From the IMG/VR virus record IMGVR_UViG_3300017824_001452: DNA of 64,000 nt; one strand, written 5' to 3'. Source of the stretch: a virus. Below the pieces are notes generated by a model. It searched no databases and was not told the origin of the DNA. It saw only the letters and a list, made by a program, of their open reading frames with translations. This document shows, piece by piece, positions 9,989 through 19,603 of this stretch. The translations under genes and the position numbers were made by a program. Each line of letters starts with the position of its first letter. Position 1 is the first letter of the stretch.

Positions 9989-10411
9989 ATGGGATTAGGA
10001 ATTATTGATTCAGTTATAGGCGCCGCAGGGCCAATATTAGATAAGTTTATCGTAGACAAAGACAAGAAAGCAGAAATGGAACACGAACTTAAAATGGTGT
10101 TACATAATGCTAATCTCCAGCAAAATCAAATCAATTTAGAACAAGCAAAACATCCAAGTATTTTTGTAGCAGGAGCAAGACCTGCAATTATGTGGATATG
10201 TGCATTTGGTTTAGCATGGTCTTATGTCTTAGCACCAATTTTAAATTGGGGAGTTGTTATTAGTGGAGCACAAGTAACACTACCTGTTATTCAAACAGAA
10301 GGTTTGATGACACTTACATTATCTATGTTAGGTTTAGGTGGTATGCGTAGTTTTGAAAAAATGAATGGATTAGCCAGAGAAAATATGAAGGCTACTCCAC
10401 CAAAGCAATAG
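9989..10411 (+). CDS. Holin (GTA 3-TM holin family)
   Basis: 'ILDKFI.DKD.K', 'FVAGARPAIMW', 'LGLGGMRSFEK'; late promoter at 9955-9962. Confidence 0.85.
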   Translation: MGLGIIDSVIGAAGPILDKFIVDKDKKAEMEHELKMVLHNANLQQNQINLEQAKHPSIFVAGARPAIMWICAFGLAWSYVLAPILNWGVVISGAQVTLPVIQTEGLMTLTLSMLGLGGMRSFEKMNGLARENMKATPPKQ

Positions 10412-10462
10412 CATTGTTACTTGCCCAATCGCATAAATACAATATAAGACTGGGATAAAAAT

Positions 10463-11026
10463 ATGGCTACATACGAAATTATTAATATAGGTGCGTTACC
10501 AAATGACGGTTCAGGTGATCCGTTAAGAGTTGCCTTTGATAAGATCAATAACAACTTTGCGAACCTATACTCTACTGCTGTTATATCATCTAATACATAC
10601 ACAACAGGTAATACAGCACAACAAGTCATTTGGGAATACCCAGCAAACGCATTTACATTGGGTTCATTTTTTATTAAAACAAACGACCCCGGCACAATTG
10701 ATCAACAAGATGTTAGATTAGATGCACAATTAAGTGCTAACTCAGCCAATATTAAATTTTCAGCATACTCATCTACACAGTGGGGAAATGTGTTAATAAG
10801 AGGCACCGGATATGATATGGATGTCAATGCTGGTAACGTTAGGATATTAGTTGATCCTGACCCAGCAAACGTATCTGGTTCACAAACACTATTTCATTTT
10901 ATTAATTCTTCAGTCATGTTCCAAGGAGAAGCACCAGCAGGATTGCCAATCGCACTTGATGGCTATGTAGATTCTGAACTTGCAACTGAAGTAGACGATA
11001 CAATTACAACTGAAGAAACACCATAA
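10463..11026 (+). CDS. Baseplate wedge/tail-associated protein (T4 gp9/gp10-like N-terminus)
   Basis: 'INIG..PNDGSGDPLRVAFDKINNNF..LY' motif; late promoter CATAAATA at 10432-10439. Confidence 0.75.
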   Translation: MATYEIINIGALPNDGSGDPLRVAFDKINNNFANLYSTAVISSNTYTTGNTAQQVIWEYPANAFTLGSFFIKTNDPGTIDQQDVRLDAQLSANSANIKFSAYSSTQWGNVLIRGTGYDMDVNAGNVRILVDPDPANVSGSQTLFHFINSSVMFQGEAPAGLPIALDGYVDSELATEVDDTITTEETP

Positions 11027-11409
11027 TGAGAGCAAGAGAATTTATAACTGAAGATAATGCACCTGGCAAACTAACTAAACGTCAACGTTATGGTTCAAGA
11101 GGCATGCATAAGTTCCAAGATGTAGACGGCAGAGATAGAGTCTACGAATTAAATCGTGTAATGATGGCTCTTGCACAAGCAGATGGAGAATCAGATCATC
11201 AAAAGATAGACTTAGATTCAGAAAGTTGGATAGGCACAAGCAACATGGCTGTACCATATACTGAAGTAGAATCTAATATGTTAAAGTCAGCATACAAAGC
11301 AGTGGGCTCTGAATGGGAAGACTTAAACTCAGGTGATATGCGTTCATCTGAATTACCTTCAATTAATAAACAAAGTCCAGTAGAAGGTTTTAAAGGGTAT
11401 GAAAGATAA
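11026..11409 (+). CDS. Putative head internal protein with capsid-targeting-like N-terminus
   Basis: MRAREFITE resembles the T4 internal-protein leader MKTYQEFIAE. Confidence 0.55.
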   Translation: MRAREFITEDNAPGKLTKRQRYGSRGMHKFQDVDGRDRVYELNRVMMALAQADGESDHQKIDLDSESWIGTSNMAVPYTEVESNMLKSAYKAVGSEWEDLNSGDMRSSELPSINKQSPVEGFKGYER

Positions 11410-11963
11410 TGGCAGCCGTCAACGTTCCAGTTAAAGGATTAACAGGATTAATTACTATCTTTACATATGCTGATGATGCGACAACTACTGTCGCAGACGT
11501 ATTAGCATCAATCATAGCATCAGATGGCATAGCCGCAGGCAACTATTATAACTTAGCATTAGTTAGAGATACAAGTATCAACGATAACGACACTCCAACT
11601 GCTACACTTGCTTCAATGAACTTTGTAGGTGCTACAGGCACTGATCCTTTCGCCTCAGGTGCTATTGTTAGTGAGACAATTGATAATGCAACACAAACAA
11701 CGATCCCAGCAACCGATATATTTCTAACAACACCGGCATCTACTGCAAGTGCTCCTGCTACGGCATTACAATTCAGACAAGAATTAAGAGTATCAGAAAT
11801 AGCACAACTAAACAGAAAGGGCGGCGCTACTGGCAATGTTAGTCTACCCGCATATAACGCATTAAACACTGCTGATTTAAACTTACTTCCTGCTAAGTAT
11901 GTTGGAAATACAGCAACACCTACTTCAACAGTTCCATTAGCATCTAGCAGACCTTGGACATAA
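11409..11963 (+). CDS. Putative virion protein with N-terminal ubiquitin-like (beta-grasp) domain
   Basis: VKGLTG / TVADVLASIIASDGI / TLASMNF align by eye with ubiquitin VKTLTG / TIENVKAKIQDKEGI / TLSDYNI; C-terminal 'LPAKY.GN...RPW' motif. Confidence 0.55.
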   Translation: MAAVNVPVKGLTGLITIFTYADDATTTVADVLASIIASDGIAAGNYYNLALVRDTSINDNDTPTATLASMNFVGATGTDPFASGAIVSETIDNATQTTIPATDIFLTTPASTASAPATALQFRQELRVSEIAQLNRKGGATGNVSLPAYNALNTADLNLLPAKYVGNTATPTSTVPLASSRPWT

Positions 11964-12037
11964 AAAATAATTCTTAGACAGTTCCTGTCACTAAATATTA
12001 TCATACTATTTCTTATATCTGCACGAAGGAGCAATGA

Positions 12038-12745
12038 ATGGAAATCCCATATGATATTAATAACACACTTGACTTAATCAAGTTAAAATTTTATAACGAG
12101 TGGCTATATACTGCTCACATTTACGATGAAGGGGACAGCCCATTTCATAAAGACCTAACAAAACAAGTAGTTGAAACCTACATTGATCCACTAGCATTAC
12201 CCAAAGATTCTAAAATTTTAGACTTGGGTTGCGGCCCGGGATATTTCTTAGATGAAATGAAAGAAAGAGGGTTTGAAGATGTGTTAGGAGTTACCTTGTC
12301 TCCTGGAGACATTAAAATCTGTAAAGATAAAGGACATGAAACTAAAGGATATGATTTGTCATTTTTGCCTCAGAAAGATGGTTACTATGACGAAAGTGTA
12401 GATTTTATTTTCTTACGTCATGCATTAGAACATTCCCCTTATCCTATCTTTAGTTTAATGGAATACAACCGTATTTTAAAACAAGGATCAAGGATTTATA
12501 TTGAAGTGCCGGCACCAGATTGTGATAGAAGACATGAGTTTAATTTAAATCACTACAGTATATTTGGACATTCGCAACTAGCGGCTCTATTACAACGTAC
12601 AGGTTTTGAAATCGAACAATTTAATAATTTAGAATTTGACTTATCACAACAAAACCCACAGGATCCTGAAGGAGAACCATTAAAAATGAGAGAACATTAT
12701 TACTGTATCGTAGCAAGGAAAGCAAAAGGTCTTGATATCAAATAA
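12038..12745 (+). CDS. Class I SAM-dependent methyltransferase
   Basis: ILDLGCGPG motif I, 'HALEH', 'RILK.G'. Confidence 0.9.
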   Translation: MEIPYDINNTLDLIKLKFYNEWLYTAHIYDEGDSPFHKDLTKQVVETYIDPLALPKDSKILDLGCGPGYFLDEMKERGFEDVLGVTLSPGDIKICKDKGHETKGYDLSFLPQKDGYYDESVDFIFLRHALEHSPYPIFSLMEYNRILKQGSRIYIEVPAPDCDRRHEFNLNHYSIFGHSQLAALLQRTGFEIEQFNNLEFDLSQQNPQDPEGEPLKMREHYYCIVARKAKGLDIK

Positions 12746-12944
12746 GTTTATTTTTATAAGATACACACTGTCATGGATTAGTCAGCAATTGGCTATTCCG
12801 TTTTGGGCAGTAGGACATTTGCATCTTAGTCTTAAGATGGATGTCTATGAAGATATTCATATGATTATAGCATCATTAGGAATGAATATTTTAGTTGCTA
12901 TTGGTTTCTTTTTAGACTACCAAGATTATAAAAAATCACATTAA
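12732..12944 (+). CDS. Small membrane protein
   Basis: 70 aa, two hydrophobic segments, fills the gap between neighbours. Confidence 0.6.
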   Translation: MISNKFIFIRYTLSWISQQLAIPFWAVGHLHLSLKMDVYEDIHMIIASLGMNILVAIGFFLDYQDYKKSH

Positions 12945-13682
12945 ATGCGTTTAATTACTTTTGGTTGTAGTTTTACACAAGGCATCGGGTTAGACGGTGG
13001 CGGATTTATGGACCATCAATACTATAGATCACCTCAAGATGCTATTCTTTATATTAAGCCTGCAAGTGAACATGCATGGCCTTTTTTGTTAGCCGAAAAG
13101 TTAAATTTAGAATGTATAAATTTAGGTAGGGGAGGCTCTTCACCTAAATTTGTGTTTCAAATGATCAAAGAATTTCAATTTCAACCTAGTGATACAGTAA
13201 TTATTCAATGGCCTAACTCTCATCGCAAAGTCGTTTGGGCCAATGAAAATAATATCGACGGTGGAGGGCCTTGGCAGACTGGAAATTACACACCTCATAA
13301 TCCTAAAATTTATACAGAAATATCACCGCATTACCAAGGCATGGACGATTATTATAGAAAATACAACACTGATTTTGACAATTTATGGGAACTAGGATTA
13401 TTAATCGAAGGTGCTCACAATTATTTAAAAGATATTTGCAAAGTAGTTTATTCTGTGAGTGAGGAAAATGAATTGCGTAACAATGAATTACTACCTAGAT
13501 TTTTTCCTATACTAAAAGAAGTAAAACCCTTTTTTAAAGACCAACCAGAAGATTTAAATATACCTAAATCTGAAATACTTTTAAACAAAGATCAATTAAT
13601 AATATGTAATGATGAGCATCCTGGTAGACAATATCATATAGATTTTGCCGAGGATATGTTTAAAGAACTAAAAAGCCACTAA
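12945..13682 (+). CDS. SGNH/GDSL hydrolase-like protein
   Basis: Block I 'FGCSFTQG', block II 'NLGRGGSS', C-terminal 'DEHPG'. Confidence 0.7.
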   Translation: MRLITFGCSFTQGIGLDGGGFMDHQYYRSPQDAILYIKPASEHAWPFLLAEKLNLECINLGRGGSSPKFVFQMIKEFQFQPSDTVIIQWPNSHRKVVWANENNIDGGGPWQTGNYTPHNPKIYTEISPHYQGMDDYYRKYNTDFDNLWELGLLIEGAHNYLKDICKVVYSVSEENELRNNELLPRFFPILKEVKPFFKDQPEDLNIPKSEILLNKDQLIICNDEHPGRQYHIDFAEDMFKELKSH

Positions 13683-13690
13683 ATACTAGT

Positions 13691-15253
13691 ATGAGCAACT
13701 TTAACGCAAGTGGTACGGGCGAATTAGTCAAGCCAGCATATAAGAAAACGGCATTTAAAAATCAAAAAGAAATTGATGATTTTGTAAAGTGTTGTGATCC
13801 TGATACTGGTTATCTATACTTTATGGATAACTTCTTTTATATTCAGCATCCAACGCAAGGTTCAATTCAATATCATCCTTATGAATACCAAGAACGTTTA
13901 ATCGACACTTATCATAATTATAGATATTCAATTGCTCTTATGCCTAGACAGTCAGGTAAGTCTACATCAGCCGCAGGTTACTTATTATGGTATGCTATGT
14001 TTGTACCTGATGCTACGATTCTAATCGCCGCACATAAGTACACAGGTTCACAAGAGATTATGCAACGTATCAGATATGCATATGAAAACTGTCCTACCCA
14101 TATCAAAGCAGGTGTTGTTACATACAACAAAGGATCGTTAGACTTTGAGAATGGCTCTCGTATTGTGTCAGCAACGACTACAGAGAATACGGGTCGTGGT
14201 ATGTCGATCACACTCTTGTATCTGGATGAGTTTGCATTCGTAAGACCTACAATTGCCGAACAGTTTTGGACTTCTATTACACCAACACTAGCAACAGGTG
14301 GTAAAGCAATCATCACATCTACTCCGAACTCTGATGAAGATCAGTTTGCATTGATTTGGAAACAAGCAAATAAAAATATAGATGCTAACGGAGAAGAAAC
14401 AGAACTAGGTGTTAATGGATTCAAACCTTTTAGATCATACTGGCATGAACAACCCGGACGTGATAATAAGTGGGCAGAAGAAATAAAAGCACAATTAGGA
14501 GACGACAGATTTGCACGTGAAATCGGTTGTGAATTCTTAATAGCAGATGAAACATTAATCAATCCTAATACATTAATCATGTTAGAATCAGTAGAACCTA
14601 CAAATAGAATGGGTCAAGTCAGATGGTTTCAAAAACCCAAGAAAGGCATGGTCTATTGTGTAGGGTTAGATCCGTCATTGGGTACAGGTGGAGATCCAGC
14701 CGCAATACAAATCTTTGAAGCAAACACAACAACACAAATCGGCGAATGGAAAGATAATAAAACAGATATTCCTCAGCAGATTAAATTGTTGGGGCAGATT
14801 ACACAATACATAGCAGAAGAAACAGGTGAACCAAACAACATATATTATTCACTTGAAAACAATTCGATAGGAGAAGCCGCATTGATCTCACTATCAGAAT
14901 ACGGAGAATCAAATATTCAAGGTATATTCTTAAGTGAGAAAGGTAAAAAACGTAGAGGATACAATACAACACACAAAGTTAAACTTGCCGCATGTGCTAA
15001 ATTCAAAACATTGATGGAAAGTAAAAAAATGAATGTAAAAAGCAAAGCATTAATTAGTGAGTTAAAAACATTCGTTGCATCTGGTGGTAGTTATCAAGCA
15101 AAGATTGGGGATAACGATGACTTAGTGATGGCTACATTGCTTGTAGTACGCATATTACAAGACATTACAGACTTTCACAGTGACTTAACTGAACATATGC
15201 GAGACCACGATGAGATGGTTGCACCCTTGCCGTTCTTTGCTGTGATTAACTAA
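13691..15253 (+). CDS. terL: Terminase large subunit (T4 gp17-like)
   Basis: 'YQ' adenine motif, Walker A PRQSGKS, Walker B LYLDEFAF, 'TSTP', nuclease 'GLDPS' and 'NDDLVMA'. Confidence 0.95.
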   Translation: MSNFNASGTGELVKPAYKKTAFKNQKEIDDFVKCCDPDTGYLYFMDNFFYIQHPTQGSIQYHPYEYQERLIDTYHNYRYSIALMPRQSGKSTSAAGYLLWYAMFVPDATILIAAHKYTGSQEIMQRIRYAYENCPTHIKAGVVTYNKGSLDFENGSRIVSATTTENTGRGMSITLLYLDEFAFVRPTIAEQFWTSITPTLATGGKAIITSTPNSDEDQFALIWKQANKNIDANGEETELGVNGFKPFRSYWHEQPGRDNKWAEEIKAQLGDDRFAREIGCEFLIADETLINPNTLIMLESVEPTNRMGQVRWFQKPKKGMVYCVGLDPSLGTGGDPAAIQIFEANTTTQIGEWKDNKTDIPQQIKLLGQITQYIAEETGEPNNIYYSLENNSIGEAALISLSEYGESNIQGIFLSEKGKKRRGYNTTHKVKLAACAKFKTLMESKKMNVKSKALISELKTFVASGGSYQAKIGDNDDLVMATLLVVRILQDITDFHSDLTEHMRDHDEMVAPLPFFAVIN

Positions 15254-15270
15254 AAGAGATAAATAATAGT

Positions 15271-18156
15271 ATGGCAATTGATCAGGAATCCTTTAATAAA
15301 CGACTCTACGATATCTTTAAGACTCGTGGATACAAACCAGCACCCAAAGACTCAAAAAATGAAAGAACAAATCCAGAAACAGCAGATGTTTTTGAGTTTC
15401 AATTTATTAAAGACGGTGAAAATTATGGTAAAGCATGGGCGACCATTGATAAAACATCATCGTTAAATATCTATTATGACGATAATCAAGCAGGTAGTCC
15501 TCCAGGACAAACTAATGGTGTTGAGTATGATGATTCATGGTCTGGATTGTTAAAACATTTAAAGCAATGGGCATTATCAAAACAACTAAACTTTGGATTA
15601 CATGACAGTGATCGTTTAGGTGACGATATGCGTCAAAGGGATTACTATAAAATGAAAGAAAAAATGAATGAAGGTTATCATGCTGTTAATAAAAGAACAT
15701 CATATAACGATAACATACCTAACGTAAAAGTTGTAATTCAGCATGATAGACAGATTGGTGAAGGAGAGCAACGTTGGAGAAACGTACACAAGATTTTTGT
15801 TGAAAATACTGAAGGTGAACGTTTTGCAGTCCCAACTAGAATGCCAGGTATTGCACGTGTATATGGTAGACATGTAGCAGAAGGTGGAACTCCATATGAC
15901 GACAGAGGTAAACACATCACTGCATTAGTAGAAGAATATACTAAAATGGCAGGCTTTGTACGTGCTACTCGTAGAGGAGAATTCAATGAATCTGTAGCAC
16001 AACTCATAGCAGAAGGTGTCAAACATCACAGATCATTAAAAGAAACACTGCAAAAGATGCAAAGTCATAGAGGATACAATCACTATTTTGAGTCATGGAC
16101 TCCTCCTCTTATGGAAGATGATGCTGATCATTCAAGCATTGCAGAAATGTTTTCGCATGAAAGCATCGATCCTAGAATTGAATCAGTATTGCCAATCTTA
16201 AACAAACTTAATAGTAACATCATTAATGAAATCGAAGAAGTTAACGAGTTAGATCAATGGGCAAAGTCTATTACTGAAATGGAACAGATAGACGAAGGAA
16301 AAAGAGACACACATTGTTCAGATAAGTGCTGTGGTGCAGACGTAAAAGCAGAGGACTGCACATGTTCACCAGACTGTCCACATTGCAACTGTAATGCAAA
16401 ATTAAAAGAAGAAAGTGAAAAGCCAGGTGGAATGGGTACTGAAGATGATGATTTAAGAGATGAAGAATCTGGTAAAAACCATGACCCTAAAACAGGCAAA
16501 AGAATCAAACCTCATCCGTTTGATCCAGACGATGATCATTTAAACGAAGGTAAGCATAATCAATTAGTCGTAGATGCTTTAGAAATGAGTGAAAAAGAAT
16601 TTGGTGAAAAACATCCTGCTGTAGCACATAGATATAATGATATTATAGCCGCATTTAGTGAAAAAGACTTAAAAAATAAACTAGAAAAACCTGTGCAACC
16701 TGAATTAGATTTATCTGAGAATACTGATTTCAGAACTTTAGTTAATTTAGACGTACAGAAAATACAACAAGCCTCTTCAAATGCAAAAGCATATGAAGAA
16801 GTAATCAAACAAAGAATTAGGGATCTTAAATTACAAATACCAAAAGAAAGTGATCCGGTAAAACGTAAAGAAATATCATCGCAAATCAGAGAATATGAAA
16901 AGTACAAAAATCAATATGATTTTACTAAAGCCAGTTCAGCAAAAAATGCAAAGGATGCCTCAAGAATTGAAGCAGATAGAATATTAAACAAGAAACCCGA
17001 TCCGTATACAAGACCAGCAGATAAAGTAACTATCGGTACTGCTTTAGCAGGACTGTTAGGTGAAGAGTCAGTTATTGATGAAAAAGATTTTTCAGATAAA
17101 GAAATTAAAATGGCATATGGCATTTTAAATGATCCTAGATATAAAGGTGGCAATCAAACTGGAGCAATCAAAGCAATTGAAGGCATTAAAGCAGGACTAT
17201 CTGAGCATCCAGGAGTTAAAAGAGCAATCTATAAAACACAAAACGAGCCTGATAATTTAGAAGAAGCAAACTTACCAATTGAAAAAATTAAAAGTCCAAT
17301 GACAGGTAAAGAAATCAAATACACAATATTAAATGGAGATGTATTTAACGAATATGGTGGCCCACTTAAATTTGATGATTACTTTGATATCATGGTCGCA
17401 CATAATTATCCTGCAGAAGGCCCTACAATTACTCAAATGTATAGTGATTATAAAGAAGAATACGGAGATATACCAATGAAAGGTTACAACCCAGGTCATC
17501 CTATCAAAGAAGAAGAAATAGGGCAACCCTTAGAAAGTAAAATAAAAAATAAAATACAAGAAATTATTGATGATATAAAACTTGCTAAAAAACAAAGAGC
17601 AGAAATAGAAAAAGACGAAAGGTATCAACAAGCAGATGACAATGAGAAATGGGATATGCTATGGGACGTTAATGGAACCGATACAAATATACAAGACATG
17701 GAAGATATATTAATTTTCTTCAAATCAGTATTAGCAGACCATCAGAAAAACGGCACAACACATTGGTGGCAGTCATTCAATCATGGTGATCACCTAGATA
17801 CTGCTGTTAGAGATCATATTGCATGGCAATTATCAAATATGGGTGCTTGGAAAGGTGATTTAAAAGAAGGCTTAGATGCTAATCAAAAACGTGCAGGACA
17901 ATTAGGACCTGTAGGTGGCCCTGCAAAAGTAGGTGACTTAGTTGGAGCCGAAAGTAAACATGCAGATGATGAAATGTCTATTCATCAAATGTCTGATGAA
18001 GATTTAGCAGACTATCTTAACGTAGATGTTAAGGATGTTAAAGCAGATAGAGAACATGCAGAAGAAGTTGCAAACGACAAATCACATGATCATGCACCTG
18101 ACAATATGTTAGAAGATATCTTACGTTTAAGTGGATATAGTAAATACCAGAAATAA
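15271..18156 (+). CDS. Large head/prohead-associated protein with mosaic C-terminal half
   Basis: Follows terminase under a late promoter; many (L/I)xE sites; Cys-rich insert; C-terminal 'LEDILRLSG'. Confidence 0.6.
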   Translation: MAIDQESFNKRLYDIFKTRGYKPAPKDSKNERTNPETADVFEFQFIKDGENYGKAWATIDKTSSLNIYYDDNQAGSPPGQTNGVEYDDSWSGLLKHLKQWALSKQLNFGLHDSDRLGDDMRQRDYYKMKEKMNEGYHAVNKRTSYNDNIPNVKVVIQHDRQIGEGEQRWRNVHKIFVENTEGERFAVPTRMPGIARVYGRHVAEGGTPYDDRGKHITALVEEYTKMAGFVRATRRGEFNESVAQLIAEGVKHHRSLKETLQKMQSHRGYNHYFESWTPPLMEDDADHSSIAEMFSHESIDPRIESVLPILNKLNSNIINEIEEVNELDQWAKSITEMEQIDEGKRDTHCSDKCCGADVKAEDCTCSPDCPHCNCNAKLKEESEKPGGMGTEDDDLRDEESGKNHDPKTGKRIKPHPFDPDDDHLNEGKHNQLVVDALEMSEKEFGEKHPAVAHRYNDIIAAFSEKDLKNKLEKPVQPELDLSENTDFRTLVNLDVQKIQQASSNAKAYEEVIKQRIRDLKLQIPKESDPVKRKEISSQIREYEKYKNQYDFTKASSAKNAKDASRIEADRILNKKPDPYTRPADKVTIGTALAGLLGEESVIDEKDFSDKEIKMAYGILNDPRYKGGNQTGAIKAIEGIKAGLSEHPGVKRAIYKTQNEPDNLEEANLPIEKIKSPMTGKEIKYTILNGDVFNEYGGPLKFDDYFDIMVAHNYPAEGPTITQMYSDYKEEYGDIPMKGYNPGHPIKEEEIGQPLESKIKNKIQEIIDDIKLAKKQRAEIEKDERYQQADDNEKWDMLWDVNGTDTNIQDMEDILIFFKSVLADHQKNGTTHWWQSFNHGDHLDTAVRDHIAWQLSNMGAWKGDLKEGLDANQKRAGQLGPVGGPAKVGDLVGAESKHADDEMSIHQMSDEDLADYLNVDVKDVKADREHAEEVANDKSHDHAPDNMLEDILRLSGYSKYQK

Positions 18157-18162
18157 TGATAA

Positions 18163-18312
18163 GTGGAAGCAATTTTCATAGGAATACTGATGATGCTACC
18201 GATGATCTGTGGTGGTTTTACCTTTGTAGTAAGTCAACAAGCAGTAGAGGGTAAATTCAATGGCGGACAAGAAAAAGAAACAGTCAAAGATTTATCTGAT
18301 ACCCGAAGGTGA
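18163..18312 (+). CDS. Possible small membrane protein (49 aa, GTG start, not in ORF track)
   Basis: VEAIFIGILMMLPMICGGFTFVVSQQ..., hydrophobic N-terminus; overlaps the rpmG start. Confidence 0.45.
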   Translation: MEAIFIGILMMLPMICGGFTFVVSQQAVEGKFNGGQEKETVKDLSDTRR

Positions 18313-18463
18313 AACTAGAGATCATCATACATATCATTACACTGCTATCAAAACAAAAAATTTAACCGTAAGCAATACTAAGTTAAAACTTAAGAAGTAC
18401 AATCCGGTTAAAAGAAAACATGAGTGGTTTGTAGAAGCAAAACTACCCCCTCATTCAAAATAA
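18260..18463 (+). CDS. rpmG: 50S ribosomal protein bL33 (Cys-free type)
   Basis: KIYL...TYHYT..K.K....KLKLKKYNPVKRKH..F.EAK matches bL33 (E. coli KIKL..GHFYTTTKNK...[21 protein letters not shown]). Confidence 0.85.
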   Translation: MADKKKKQSKIYLIPEGETRDHHTYHYTAIKTKNLTVSNTKLKLKKYNPVKRKHEWFVEAKLPPHSK

Positions 18464-18472
18464 GGATTTGTT

Positions 18473-19162
18473 GTGAGATTTAAAGAGTTCTTTACAGAAG
18501 AAAACGACCTAGAGAAAAAAAGAAATATTCCTCCAATGGATATCAAATCCAGAGATGTCGTATCAAAAGATGACACTGAAGATGCTTTATCTACTGTAGA
18601 TAGAAGTCAGATACAAGGCATGGATGATCGCATGGCTCAACTTGCTCAAAACAAAGACTTAATCTATCAATACACCGATGATGAAATGACTGATCTTGTT
18701 CCTGTTGATGACGAAGAAGAGGAAGAAGGGGCAGATGAAGGTATTTCTGAACCAAATACATTACCACAAGAAATTAGACGAGATTTAAGAACTCACGGTG
18801 ATGTAACTGCAAGATTTCATTCTGTAGAAAACTTACCAGGATACTTAGTCGATGCTATTCGTATGATGGGTCAAAAAGTTTTTTCATCTTTAACAGCAAC
18901 TCCGATTAATGAAATCAATGTACTTGCTAATCTAGGAGATCAAGGACCAAACGAGCAACGAGAACTAAATGCTGTTGCTGGTATGGTTGATACTTATGGG
19001 CAACGAAGAGGAGACTATGAAATGAAATTCGATAGAATCCTCCCCGGATATGAAGCAGATATTCGTGTTTATGAGTATAAAGATCAAATCTTCTGCTTAG
19101 TAAAAGACTTTGCAGGCTCTTACATTTATAGTTGGCCAGCAGAGAATAAAAAACTTAATTAA
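18473..19162 (+). CDS. Putative head internal protein
   Basis: N-terminal MRFKEFFTEE capsid-targeting-like motif; acidic linker. Confidence 0.55.
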   Translation: MRFKEFFTEENDLEKKRNIPPMDIKSRDVVSKDDTEDALSTVDRSQIQGMDDRMAQLAQNKDLIYQYTDDEMTDLVPVDDEEEEEGADEGISEPNTLPQEIRRDLRTHGDVTARFHSVENLPGYLVDAIRMMGQKVFSSLTATPINEINVLANLGDQGPNEQRELNAVAGMVDTYGQRRGDYEMKFDRILPGYEADIRVYEYKDQIFCLVKDFAGSYIYSWPAENKKLN

Positions 19163-19594
19163 TTATTCTACATCATTCAAAGGATTTTCTAAGATCGTTT
19201 GAATTCTTTCTTCTAAGTCTTTCCTCATCTCACGCATTTCTTTGTCTTGCTCTTTGAAACGTTCTTGCATCTCACGTTCCATCTCATAGACATCATCACG
19301 TACTTCACGTTGAGTTTTGGCAGTTTCACTTTCAACTCTACGTGCTAAACGAGCGGCTTCTGTGATTTCTCCTTGCAGATTATCTTTGATAACTTCTGTA
19401 AGTTCAGTCAATCTAATAATTTCTTGTTCGATTGTTTCTGGTTGTAATGCTTCTAGTTTTTCTTCTGCTTCAAGTAGTCTATTGTAGAGTTCAAAGCCTC
19501 CCCATAAACCACCAATTAATGTACCTAATAAGGGTAAAATGAATAGCAGTTTGCTACCACTCATCTTTATGCCTTCATACTCTACACTTGCCAT
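19163..19594 (-). CDS. Single-TM protein with C-terminal coiled coil
   Basis: LLFILPLLGTLIGGLWGGFELY hydrophobic helix followed by an E/R/K-rich heptad region; RBS aggag. Confidence 0.8.
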   Translation of the reverse strand: MASVEYEGIKMSGSKLLFILPLLGTLIGGLWGGFELYNRLLEAEEKLEALQPETIEQEIIRLTELTEVIKDNLQGEITEAARLARRVESETAKTQREVRDDVYEMEREMQERFKEQDKEMREMRKDLEERIQTILENPLNDVE

Positions 19595-19603
19595 ATTATA
19601 CTC

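Noticed and set aside
13691-15253. Intein or intron in terminase (also checked UvsX, helicases, ThyX)
   Set aside because: Lengths and motif spacing are normal; no splicing motifs or frame breaks
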